IMG/VR virus record: IMGVR_UViG_3300048882_000813
Location: 1-32,568 of that record
Origin: a virus
Taxonomy: Duplodnaviria; Caudoviricetes
Length of the DNA stretch: 32,568 nt
Strand: one strand, 5' to 3'
The notes below the pieces were generated by a model, which worked only from the letters and a program-made list of their open reading frames with translations, did not search any database and was not told the DNA's origin. Each line of letters starts with the position of its first letter. Position 1 is the stretch's first letter. The position numbers were made by a program, and so were the translations under genes. This document shows positions 1 through 8,404 of the stretch, piece by piece.

Positions 1-304
1 GGGTAGGCTGGACACCTATCGGGCCTCCATGTATATTACCCGTGCGTTATGCACGCAGGCTTCAACATGACCGCGGGTAAGGCATGGTGCCAGGGGCCAT
101 GGTCCAGGGTAGAGCAGTGGTGAGGGTGTCAACATATCGACAGACCTATGGCTCAAGGGTGCCACCATCGGCCACGGTCGAGGCTCTCAAGGGGTCCAGC
201 ATCGCCGGGCCCAACGATGCTGGTGAGGGGCTCTATGGTGGAGTATAGGGGAAAGTCTAATGGTTACGGGTAGATAGCCTCGAACAGTCATCCATGACGG
301 TATG

Positions 305-328
305 TTCACAGTCAAGGTTGACTGTGAA
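305..328. promoter_or_regulatory. Perfect palindrome TTCACAGTCAA-GG-TTGACTGTGAA, putative operator
   Basis: 11-bp perfect inverted repeat with 2-nt spacer, directly upstream of the RHH gene. Each arm contains TTGACT (-35-like). ACAGTCA also recurs at 284-290. Confidence 0.65.
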
Positions 329-336
329 AAAGGTTA

Positions 337-729
337 ATGATTTCAAAGGGTTCGCGGCCAATGGCCGATTTTTATGGGGGGCTCTCCTTGAGACACGGAG
401 TAAAAAGCAAAACGCCAGTCAAGGTAAACCTAGAGCTTGGCCGTTCTCTTAGGGAGCAGTTAGAGAGGGATGCTTTGGCGTCATGTCGTCGTTTGTCATG
501 GCAGGTTGAGTATTACGTGCAGAGGTCTATAGAGAGCTGGCCACCTATACATGCACCTGGTGACACATTGGACGATACGGGTGGGAGGTTTACAGTTTAT
601 CTACCCGAGGGACAGTTTCAGTACATATCGGATTTCTCTGAGAGTGGTGGTCATTCTTTGAGTGCGGTGTTACGTGCGGCGATATTGCATGGGATGGCAA
701 TATGCAGGGAGGTTCCGGGGAATGAGTAA
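337..729 (+). CDS. Tandem ribbon-helix-helix (Arc/CopG-like) DNA-binding protein
   Basis: Two RHH-like units: VKVNLELGRSLREQLERDA..RRLSWQVEYYVQRSI and RFTVYLPEGQFQYISDFSESGGHSLSAVLRAAI. The start could be the ATG at 361. Confidence 0.65.
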   Translation: MISKGSRPMADFYGGLSLRHGVKSKTPVKVNLELGRSLREQLERDALASCRRLSWQVEYYVQRSIESWPPIHAPGDTLDDTGGRFTVYLPEGQFQYISDFSESGGHSLSAVLRAAILHGMAICREVPGNE

Positions 730-1522
730 GGAAGCATACAGGGTGAGGACGTTCTTTGATCAGGACGAGAGTCGGGGAATGGTTGGGATGTTATCGGCCA
801 GGTGTGTCCAGGATATTTTGTACAGGTTGGATAGTGCGACGGGGCCGGCAGGGTCGGAGTATTTGGATACCCCTCCCGATCCAGGAATATCTAGGCAGTA
901 TGAGGAATTTCGGGAATGGTTTGGTCCTGAAGTGGGTGCAGCGATTGAGGGTTTGGTAGTGGGGCCGTTACTTTCCCGTTTATCTGTGGACGAGGAGGGT
1001 AGGGCGTACATAGACGAGCAGGAGTACAAGCCATTTTTGTCTATTGGTGACAGGACGGCGGCGAGGATTCAGTGGTTGTGTGTAGAGGTGCCTGGATTGA
1101 TTGAGACGTATGGGCAGCTTGAGGGTAGGGAGAGGGAGGATGCGATGGCAGCTGTGGAGCAGGGTCTAGTAATTCTCGACAGGCTTGGGGATGAGAATAG
1201 TAGGAGGGTTGCGACTGCGTTTCTGCCAGAGCTGGAGAGGTGGTTTATGTACTCGCAGCCTGGGTCAAAGATAATGAGGGGGGACAAGAGTTCTCTGAAG
1301 GCATTACGTGAAAGCCTTGATGGGGTAAGGAAGCGCGTAGCTGAATTGGAGTCGGCTCAATCTACTGTTGCGGAGAAAATCGGTCGTGGTGAGTCGGGGG
1401 AGATGGATAAGGAGGCTCTTCATACTGAGTTGTTGAGAGTTGAGGAGACTATCGCAAAGATGGAGAGGAAGCTGGGAGAGTTGGATAGAAGAAGAGAGGT
1501 GATAATTGAGGCGGTATCCTGA
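722..1522 (+). CDS. Hypothetical protein with C-terminal coiled coil (266 aa)
   Basis: ATG at 722 overlaps the end of the RHH gene, which is a more likely start than 662. Heptad-like charged C-terminus (LRESLDGVRKRVAELES..LLRVEETIAKMERKLGEL). Confidence 0.75.
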   Translation: MSKEAYRVRTFFDQDESRGMVGMLSARCVQDILYRLDSATGPAGSEYLDTPPDPGISRQYEEFREWFGPEVGAAIEGLVVGPLLSRLSVDEEGRAYIDEQEYKPFLSIGDRTAARIQWLCVEVPGLIETYGQLEGREREDAMAAVEQGLVILDRLGDENSRRVATAFLPELERWFMYSQPGSKIMRGDKSSLKALRESLDGVRKRVAELESAQSTVAEKIGRGESGEMDKEALHTELLRVEETIAKMERKLGELDRRREVIIEAVS

Positions 1523-1664
1523 GTGGTACAGGAAGAGGCTTGTCTCATGGAGGCGCACTCTTGAGCCTAGAGAGGTGAGGAAGTGTGGGGACTGTTCCAG
1601 CCCCCTTTCGATATCTCCTTCTGGGTTGGTTTGTAGAAAGTGTGCCGGGAAGAAAGAGGGATAG
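1506..1664 (+). CDS. Small Zn-ribbon protein (52 aa, CxxC-x12-CxxC); not in the ORF track
   Basis: TTG at 1506 after GAGGTG. Translates MRRYPEWYRKRLVSWRRTLEPREVRKCGDCSSPLSISPSGLVCRKCAGKKEG, stop TAG at 1662-1664; overlaps the end of the previous gene. Confidence 0.6.
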   Translation: MRRYPEWYRKRLVSWRRTLEPREVRKCGDCSSPLSISPSGLVCRKCAGKKEG

Positions 1665-2011
1665 GGACAAATGAAGTTACCCCGATTGCAAGGATGAAGC
1701 GGGAGAGTGATAAACTCCATGATTGCTAATCTGCGGGTGGGGTGCGGCGTCTGTTCGGGTCGCACCATGTCAAGTGGGCGGTTGCTTGGCACTTATGCAA
1801 AGGGTTGCCACCTAACAGTAAGTGGGAACCTTTTGTGGCTGGGGTGTCTGTCGTTTTAACTGAGGAAAGAAATGAATCGGTTTTTTTCAAAGCTCGGTCC
1901 ATTCAAGTGGACGTTTCATCTTGTGTACCTGCTTAGTTTTAGATCGCGCCGGATCAAAGCGGTGTCCCAATGGGTTCACGATGTCACTGCGCCTGAGCAG
2001 GAGGAGGAGTC

Positions 2012-2461
2012 ATGACAGAGGTATACGAAGACCACTTCGAGATGAGGATGTTTGGTTTCCTTTTTGATGTGAGGGTTGTGGGGGCGGGGAAGAACAGGAC
2101 GCCAGGAGTGGCACCCCATAAGCTGCGCCTTGCAATGCACGACACGGGCGTGTTGGTTAGGTGGTACAGGGATTGTCTTGCCTGGGATCAATCCGTTAAC
2201 CACAAAGACGTTGTCGAGGGTGAAGACATTGCAACGCTTGGGCTGCTGGTTAACTGCGGGACGATGAAGAGGGAATCACAGGTTGCGGCAGTGGAGAGGA
2301 GTCTAGAGCTGCGAGGGGAACTTGAGGACCTCGGCGAGAAGAGCAGACTTTGGATTGACCTAGACGGTGCCTTTGAGAGAGAGGGTCTTCTCCCCCTCTA
2401 CGAGAGAGTAAAAAAGCAAGGCTTACTTCGGAACGAAGAGAGTAAACGGTCGGTTACTTAA
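2012..2461 (+). CDS. Hypothetical protein (149 aa)
   Basis: Strong SD (GGAGGAGGAG) directly before the ATG; normal protein composition; no family recognised. Confidence 0.75.
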   Translation: MTEVYEDHFEMRMFGFLFDVRVVGAGKNRTPGVAPHKLRLAMHDTGVLVRWYRDCLAWDQSVNHKDVVEGEDIATLGLLVNCGTMKRESQVAAVERSLELRGELEDLGEKSRLWIDLDGAFEREGLLPLYERVKKQGLLRNEESKRSVT

Positions 2462-2497
2462 GGCAGACTTAATGTTTGTGTAGGAAGGTGGAGAGAG

Positions 2498-3040
2498 ATG
2501 AAGGCGCGACCAATGGGCCATTATGCGGCAATCGAGGCAATAGACGATGAATACCTGTTCGGGAGTTCAATTGTCAGGAGCACAAAAACGAAAAGCGAGA
2601 GATGGCTTCGAGGAACTGTGTTAGCAAAAGGGCCTCGCGTGGGCGAAGAGGTTGAGGTCGGAGACGAAGTTGTCTATGAGATGCAGAGCGCACACCCTGG
2701 ACAGAGGTCGCCGCTAGATGCGGACATGTTCGGCGGAACGCCTGGGGGCGCGTGCTATTTGATTCCGGTATATTGGAGGTCCCTTCGCGGGGCCGCCGAG
2801 ATTGAAAGAGAGGTCGAGCGAAGGCTGGCCGCCATGAAGGCGTTGAGCGACCTCGGGGATACCCGGTTCTTGACCCATCGTGAGGCGGCAGAATTCGGGC
2901 GACACGAAAAGAGGCTTGAAGAGCTTCGAGAACTGAGAAAGAACGCTGCACGGGGCTCACGGTGGGACCCGTTGAAAAACCCCGGTCGCGGCGCTGGCGT
3001 CGTTGGCCTTGTCGAGGAGAAAGAGAATGGCGAAACATAG
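2498..3040 (+). CDS. groES: Phage GroES/Cpn10-like co-chaperonin with a helical insertion
   Basis: MKARPMGHYAAIE..SSIV..RGTVLAKGP..EVEVGDEVVY matches GroES MKIRPLHDRVIV..GGIV..RGEVLAVG..VKVGDIVIF. YLIP and the terminal VVGLVE match GroES YLIL..ILAIVE. SD-like GGTGGAG upstream. Confidence 0.75.
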   Translation: MKARPMGHYAAIEAIDDEYLFGSSIVRSTKTKSERWLRGTVLAKGPRVGEEVEVGDEVVYEMQSAHPGQRSPLDADMFGGTPGGACYLIPVYWRSLRGAAEIEREVERRLAAMKALSDLGDTRFLTHREAAEFGRHEKRLEELRELRKNAARGSRWDPLKNPGRGAGVVGLVEEKENGET

Positions 3041-3629
3041 GAAAGATGAAGACGGAGTTGTTGTCCCGGCAGTCGCTGCTGAAGAACTTGAACGGGCACT
3101 TGCTAAGGCAAGAGAAGATGAAGGGGAACAGGTCCAGCTGGTCGCAATCACCATGAAGGAATCTAGCAAGATTCAGGTGCCGGTTGCCCGAGGGTTCAAG
3201 TTCGTGGAGGTTGCGCCTCTTCAGCTTTCACCTCCCGTCGCAAAAACGTGGGCAGACAATGTTGTACAAGAGCGTATGCAGCGCTCGAAGAACGTGAGGC
3301 CCGCCCTCGTGTGGCATGTTGCACCACCGCCTAGACCGAAGAACGCACAGAAGAAATACTTCGAGAGAGGCGGGCGAAGGTTTTACACCGACGTCTATGC
3401 CCCGCCAGAAAAACTGACTGTTAATGGTCGAGAGATTCATCACTCCATCTCTCAGAGCATACACTTCATTTCTAAGGTTCTGCGAACCTCTCAAGGCATT
3501 CAGCGTTGGATCACGGATTTCGACACTCGGCCAGATGTGGCTGCCTGGGGAAACTATGTGATACAACAGAAGGAGGCTGCAGAGCGTGAGATGTTGGGCA
3601 TTGGAACGGCGAGTGCGGTGGTGATCTAA
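3027..3629 (+). CDS. Hypothetical protein (200 aa), possibly head-completion associated
   Basis: ATG at 3027 preceded by GAGGAG; its stop overlaps the next ATG (TAATG); lies directly before the adaptor gene. Confidence 0.7.
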   Translation: MAKHRKDEDGVVVPAVAAEELERALAKAREDEGEQVQLVAITMKESSKIQVPVARGFKFVEVAPLQLSPPVAKTWADNVVQERMQRSKNVRPALVWHVAPPPRPKNAQKKYFERGGRRFYTDVYAPPEKLTVNGREIHHSISQSIHFISKVLRTSQGIQRWITDFDTRPDVAAWGNYVIQQKEAAEREMLGIGTASAVVI

Positions 3630-4354
3630 TGGCGGTTGGGACACAGGCTGAGCAAAGGGCGTACCTAAGAAGGATGGTCGGGCACGAATCGGACACTGCC
3701 CTTGTGTCTGATTCTCTTCTCGACGATTGTCTGGGAAGGGGCCTCAGAGATATAAACCAATCCTTCGCCCTTTGGGGCTTCGGTAGCTTCTCAACAGTGA
3801 TTAGCCAGCAAGAGTACGTCCCCATTCCTGCAACTGGATATGCCCTCACCAAGGTTTTCTGGCCAGCCTCCTGTGAATATGAACTTCCCAGGAGTGTAGA
3901 CAGCTCGGTGAACCAGCTCATCATCTCTGAAGTTGTTGACGAATATGGAGCACGGCGAACCATCGAGCCGTCCATCGTTGCGGCGTGGTATCAAAACCAA
4001 GAGTTCTTCTATCGCCTCTATGGACAAGGGGGATACATAAGGAACGAGACAACCGTGTTTCTCGATCCTGTACCTGAACTCGTCACCACTGTTTACTTCA
4101 ACTTTACGAAGGAGCGATACGCTTCGGTCGAAGATGTGGAAGACATCCTTGTTGAGCCATACTTCGCCTCGTGTCTATCTGCCCTTCATGAGGCCCTCTC
4201 CGTTGGAAGAGGAGCACTCACCTCGGTAGGGTCCGCTGGCGGCGTGAGGATGACGACCGTTGCTGCTAGCCATCATCTCAAGATGGCAGACAGGATGAGA
4301 GACAGGTTCAAGAGCTTCTTGCCGGCCATGAAACCAGGACGAAATTGGCCCTAG
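3629..4354 (+). CDS. Putative head-tail adaptor (connector) protein
   Basis: N-terminal helices (RAYLRRMVG..VSDSLLDDCLGRGLRDINQ), central beta insert, C-terminal helix-hairpin-helix (LTSVGSAGGVRMT..LKMADRMRDRF), as in Ad-type neck proteins; position upstream of closure/neck genes. Confidence 0.65.
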   Translation: MAVGTQAEQRAYLRRMVGHESDTALVSDSLLDDCLGRGLRDINQSFALWGFGSFSTVISQQEYVPIPATGYALTKVFWPASCEYELPRSVDSSVNQLIISEVVDEYGARRTIEPSIVAAWYQNQEFFYRLYGQGGYIRNETTVFLDPVPELVTTVYFNFTKERYASVEDVEDILVEPYFASCLSALHEALSVGRGALTSVGSAGGVRMTTVAASHHLKMADRMRDRFKSFLPAMKPGRNWP

Positions 4355-6708
4355 TCAAATCTCTCTATTATAGAAGGTTCCTCGGGGGGGCAGAGCTTCC
4401 TGGACAGCTCGCAACAATCGAACCAGGTGACTTCGTTAAAAGCGATAGGCTTGCTAGGCTAACGTCGGCACAGCGGTCCCAGTTTGACATGGCAGTCAAG
4501 TTCTCGGCCACAGGGTGCGGCGAAGACGAAAGGGGCCTCGAAGTGCTTGTATCACCACTCGCAGTACGAAGACGTCAAAGGCCGAGAGTTGCAAACGTTA
4601 ACATCGAACTCGGAGAGGGCCTTGACCGGTATAAGGAAACTTGTGCCCTCCCCCTTTCTGGGGGAGACGGAAAGCCAGACTGTATCCTCTTCCCAAGGGA
4701 TCTTCCTTTAGATCCAGGATGGGTCAGACAGCTATACGAGAAAAGGCCGTGGCGTGGGTGGAGCAGCGAAGATAGCGGCGGCCCGTGTGTAGTCTGGCCA
4801 GGGCGTGAGCCGCTCAGTGCAGAGAAACCACCAAAAGTCGGCGTTGTGCTGGCCGCATACAACAAGCCAGACAGAACCGTACCGTGCATCGAAAGCATTC
4901 TCGGCCGAACCCAGTATCCAAACTTTGAGCTTTTCATTATCGACGACGGGGGAGACGCCTTCACCCACCAAACCTTAGAAGCATACAAGGATAGAGCTAC
5001 CGTTCTACGACATCGGAACTGTGGCTATCTCCTCACAGCAAACCGAGGGGCCAGAGAAGCGTTCGGGGCCGGATGTGACATCGTCGTCTTTGTGAACTCA
5101 GATGTAAGGGTTACCTGTGGGTGGCTGTCAGCAATGGTGCGTGCCCACCTCGTAACCGGTGCCGACCTCGTCAACCCCCTCTGTAACCAGCAGGGCCCGC
5201 TATCCCTCCCCCTTGCAGGGGAGATGTCGTGGAACATGCCAAGAGTCGAGGGCGGTAGAAGCTATCTGGATGTGTCCCTCGCCGCCTCGTTCATTCCTCC
5301 CAAATACCCAAACGCAGTAACCAACATCGGCCAGTGCATGCTTGTCACGAAAGGCGCGTGGACAGAACACGGCCCGTTTGATTCAGGGCTTTATGGGCGC
5401 GGCTACGGGGAGGAATGCGAACTGTGGGCCAGGGTCGTTACTAATGACGGAATCGGAATCGTGGCAGACGACGCCTATGTCTTTCACGAATCACACGCGG
5501 TGCACGAAGATGCACCAGCCAGGGAGCGCAGGGGGGCGGATAAGTTCATGGAGCGATGGGGAGACCTCTACAAAGAGCGGTCTCCAGCAATTAGGGTATG
5601 GTCGTCAAAGACCAATAATGTCAGGTGTGTAACCAATACGCTCAAGCCGTCAGGGTGCCCAGTCAGGTTTGTTCTCGTGAACATCGGCCCATACGGAGGC
5701 GTCCACTGCATTATTCGCCTCGTTGACGAACTGAAAGAGCGGGGCTTTGATGCCACCGCAGAATTCACAAAGCACGAGGACAACACCTTCCGACCAACCA
5801 CCGGCCCAAACCGACATGTAGACATCAATGCCATGAGGCGAATATCAAAAGATGACAGGTGTCAAGAAGGCTTCATTGTTGGTACGCATTGGTTTACCGG
5901 GGAGGTCCTCGCGGCCACGTATGAAATCTCTAGTAATTTCATACCGTTAGCGTTCTGGCAGGATAGAGAGGATTTGTTCACAGAGCCAAATGGTAGGCGA
6001 AGCGTTCGAGCAGGAAGCGTGACGGCATACTTGAGGATACCTAACAGGATTGTGAACGCGGAGTGGGTAGGGTCTTCGGCGGTAGAGGAACTGGGCATCG
6101 ATGGCTTTGAGCACATCCCCGTGGGGGTCGACACTCTGAAGTTCTATCCAGGCGAGAGGAATGGTGGCCAGATTAGAATCTTGGTTATGCACAGGCCGAG
6201 CACCCCACGTCGTGGGGCGGTACGGATGAGGAAGCTGTTTCCCAAACTCAAGGCTGAGCTGGGGGACAGTGTACTTATCGAGACGTTTGGTGAGGACTGC
6301 GGCTGGAGCGACCACCATTATGGTCGCCTTAGCCAGGACGGCGTGGCAGACCTTCTCAGGCAGGTTGATATTTTGGTAGAGCCTAGTGAGTACCAGGGCT
6401 TTGGGCTTCCGGGCCTGGAGGCCCTAGCGGCGGGGATATGTCTCGTAAGCACCAACAATAAGGGCGTGCATGAGTATGGGGTCCACGAGGAGAACTGCTT
6501 AATCGAGGGGGACTTCTCGCTTCGAGAGCTGGTGGTGATGGCGGTTCAAGATCGAGCCTTGCGCTTAAGGCTGGGGGCGCAGGGCCGCCAGACCGCCCTG
6601 GCATTTGACTGGTCAGTCATAGCGGACAAATGGGCAGAGCACCTCAAGACGTTGTATCTGAGAAGCGGAATGACCCGATATGTAGACACCTTCGGGCGTC
6701 CCTGCTAG
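4345..6708 (+). CDS. Bifunctional glycosyltransferase, GT2 (GT-A) + GT4 (GT-B) fusion
   Basis: GT2 motifs: KVGVVLAAYN, ELFIIDDGG, VVFVNSDV, GQCMLV..GPFD..GYGEECEL. GT4 motifs: IPVGVDTLKFYP, DILVEPSEYQGFGLPGLEALAAG, FDWSVIADKW. TTG start overlaps the adaptor stop. Confidence 0.92.
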   Translation: MALVKSLYYRRFLGGAELPGQLATIEPGDFVKSDRLARLTSAQRSQFDMAVKFSATGCGEDERGLEVLVSPLAVRRRQRPRVANVNIELGEGLDRYKETCALPLSGGDGKPDCILFPRDLPLDPGWVRQLYEKRPWRGWSSEDSGGPCVVWPGREPLSAEKPPKVGVVLAAYNKPDRTVPCIESILGRTQYPNFELFIIDDGGDAFTHQTLEAYKDRATVLRHRNCGYLLTANRGAREAFGAGCDIVVFVNSDVRVTCGWLSAMVRAHLVTGADLVNPLCNQQGPLSLPLAGEMSWNMPRVEGGRSYLDVSLAASFIPPKYPNAVTNIGQCMLVTKGAWTEHGPFDSGLYGRGYGEECELWARVVTNDGIGIVADDAYVFHESHAVHEDAPARERRGADKFMERWGDLYKERSPAIRVWSSKTNNVRCVTNTLKPSGCPVRFVLVNIGPYGGVHCIIRLVDELKERGFDATAEFTKHEDNTFRPTTGPNRHVDINAMRRISKDDRCQEGFIVGTHWFTGEVLAATYEISSNFIPLAFWQDREDLFTEPNGRRSVRAGSVTAYLRIPNRIVNAEWVGSSAVEELGIDGFEHIPVGVDTLKFYPGERNGGQIRILVMHRPSTPRRGAVRMRKLFPKLKAELGDSVLIETFGEDCGWSDHHYGRLSQDGVADLLRQVDILVEPSEYQGFGLPGLEALAAGICLVSTNNKGVHEYGVHEENCLIEGDFSLRELVVMAVQDRALRLRLGAQGRQTALAFDWSVIADKWAEHLKTLYLRSGMTRYVDTFGRPC

Positions 6709-6753
6709 TTTTTACGAAGGGCCTAGGCTCTGGCATTGCTCTCTCCTAATGCC

Positions 6754-6803
6754 AATAGCGACGACCCCTCCTCCCCCGCTCCTTCGGGGTCGTCGCTATT
6801 TTT
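6754..6803 (+). terminator. 15-bp perfect hairpin plus T-tract (rho-independent terminator-like)
   Basis: AATAGCGACGACCCC (6754-6768) / GGGGTCGTCGCTATT (6786-6800), 17-nt loop, then TTT. Preceded by a smaller hairpin TGGCATT/AATGCCA at 6731-6754. Confidence 0.7.
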
Positions 6804-6812
6804 ACTCTCCTC

Positions 6813-6822
6813 TGATACTCTT
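6813..6822 (+). promoter_or_regulatory. Extended -10 promoter-like motif TGATACTCTT, leaderless geometry
   Basis: TGn-TACTCT followed by 6 nt then the ATG at 6828; no SD; same motif family at 10267, 21513 and 27634. Confidence 0.55.
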
Positions 6823-6827
6823 TCGTT

Positions 6828-7316
6828 ATGGCTGAAACACGTACAGGTTTAGATGCGTGGTTGGGGCTGGCGGGCACCGACTATGCCCATGAGCTAGTCC
6901 GACAGGCCAGCCGCGTGGTGAGCGAACTCTCCGAGCAGGCAACTACCGGGATTCCTCGCACCGTAAACATCATCAGAAAAACAGTCGTCCAAGCCGCAGA
7001 CACGGCGCTGGCCGTGGCGGGAACCTGGCAAACCGTAGCGGGCCTCGGGAACCTACAGGCCACCATGTTCCAGCCAAGCGAGTGGGACAAAGATGTGCCC
7101 GCAACTGCCACAGATATCGTGAAGGCCGACCGCGTCTTCCTTATTGCCGACATCCCCGCAGCCGGTGGCACCCTTGCTGACGTCGTCCTCATGACGGACA
7201 AAGTCCAAGTTGACGATCCAGAATTCGGGGAAGTTGAACTTCAAATCCTTTCCCTGTTCCCCATACGGGGGACGGGCCTCATCAAGGTTGAGGCCCAATA
7301 CGTCCGAGGGGCTTAG
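6828..7316 (+). CDS. Putative head-closure (SPP1 gp16/lambda FII-like) protein
   Basis: 162 aa, beta-rich (TVNIIRK, DRVFLI, DKVQV, LQILSL, IKVEAQ); first gene of the neck cluster, upstream of the gp10-like gene. Confidence 0.6.
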   Translation: MAETRTGLDAWLGLAGTDYAHELVRQASRVVSELSEQATTGIPRTVNIIRKTVVQAADTALAVAGTWQTVAGLGNLQATMFQPSEWDKDVPATATDIVKADRVFLIADIPAAGGTLADVVLMTDKVQVDDPEFGEVELQILSLFPIRGTGLIKVEAQYVRGA

Positions 7317-7318
7317 GC

Positions 7319-7834
7319 GTGGTAAAGATCAAGGCCGAGTGGGAGCCGGGGCTGTTTGTAGTTGCCGGCATGTTCGGGGCACTTCCCACCAAGTTGCGGC
7401 AGGCCGCCGTCAAGCACATCGACACCATTGCAAGAAGGGCGAAAGGTGACCTCCAAAGGCTCACTCCTGGAGAAAACCTCCCCAAGGCGTGGGCGATTGA
7501 AACCGAGCAGACGATTGCCTTCTATCGCAAGACAATCAGGAATGAGGATCCGAGAGCCTACGAGGTTATCGAGATTAAGGGTGGCCGCTCGACCAACCTT
7601 GTTGAACTCCTCGAATACGGCACAAGTCCGAAAAACCCTATTCTACCAAAGAACAAAAAGGCGCTCTCCTGGGTAGAGAACGGGGAGCGGATTACCGTAG
7701 GGAAGGTAGAGCCACGAGGCATCCGTCCATATGGGATGGTGAGAATCTCTCACGTAAAAGCAGCAGGGAGGATGGCCAGGCTGCAGCTGTTTTTGTTTCT
7801 CTTGGCGGATAGAGAACTAAGGAAGGGCAAGTAA
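7319..7834 (+). CDS. HK97 gp10-like neck/tail-completion protein
   Basis: Basic protein with LEYGT..ILPKNKKALSW..KVEPRGIRPYGM, the characteristic EYGT..PK.KKAL..V.HPG pattern; canonical position. Confidence 0.8.
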   Translation: MVKIKAEWEPGLFVVAGMFGALPTKLRQAAVKHIDTIARRAKGDLQRLTPGENLPKAWAIETEQTIAFYRKTIRNEDPRAYEVIEIKGGRSTNLVELLEYGTSPKNPILPKNKKALSWVENGERITVGKVEPRGIRPYGMVRISHVKAAGRMARLQLFLFLLADRELRKGK

Positions 7835-8391
7835 TGGAGGCCGCTAGACAGTGGATGAACATCCGGCGCAGCATTCAAACCCAGATTGGGAACTCCGTCA
7901 CAGTGGATGGTCGCGTCGTCCCCGTCTACCATGACTACCGATGGTCAGACCCAGACGCTATGAGGGATTCTGGTACAGGGGCCGAGGCGGCCTGGGTGGA
8001 GACGGCATTCATTCAACAAAACGCAGGGCGGCGAGGAATCGCTCTAATGCAAATAGACGTCTTTAGCAGAATCGGCCCAGAGGGAGACGCGACGTCTGAT
8101 CCATTCGGCGTGTTCATTGACATGGTGGCAGAGCAAGTTTTGTCTGTGTTTTCTGGGGTCCAGGCTAACGGAACGCAGCGCGGCATATTCACAATCAACG
8201 ACTACACCGACCCAGCTAACCCGACCGCCACCTCCATGGTCTTGTTCATGCAGAGTTCAGATGGTGACATCGGTGAGCCAGATGAAAAACGACGCCTTGC
8301 CTTTCACGATGACTATCGGCGTGTTACGATGACGGTGCGGTTTCAAACCATACAGGACGCGAGCGGACCAGCCGCGTTCTATGCTGACTAA
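7834..8391 (+). CDS. Putative tail terminator protein
   Basis: Between the gp10-like gene and the tail tube; pattern VPVY..AWV..MQIDVFSR..DMVAEQVLSVF..RVTMTVRF is typical of tail terminators; TAATG coupling. Confidence 0.65.
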   Translation: MEAARQWMNIRRSIQTQIGNSVTVDGRVVPVYHDYRWSDPDAMRDSGTGAEAAWVETAFIQQNAGRRGIALMQIDVFSRIGPEGDATSDPFGVFIDMVAEQVLSVFSGVQANGTQRGIFTINDYTDPANPTATSMVLFMQSSDGDIGEPDEKRRLAFHDDYRRVTMTVRFQTIQDASGPAAFYAD

Positions 8392-8404
8392 GGAAATCTA
8401 AGCG

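Noticed and set aside
1304-1936. ORFs 1304..1792 (-) and 1742..1936 (+)
   Set aside because: No SD or motifs; the first overlaps two better-supported + strand genes.
4345-6708. Glycosyltransferase as a serotype-conversion (gtrABC) or DNA-glucosylation gene
   Set aside because: No flippase, membrane GT or hydroxymethylase genes nearby and the context is structural; not fully excluded without the rest of the genome.
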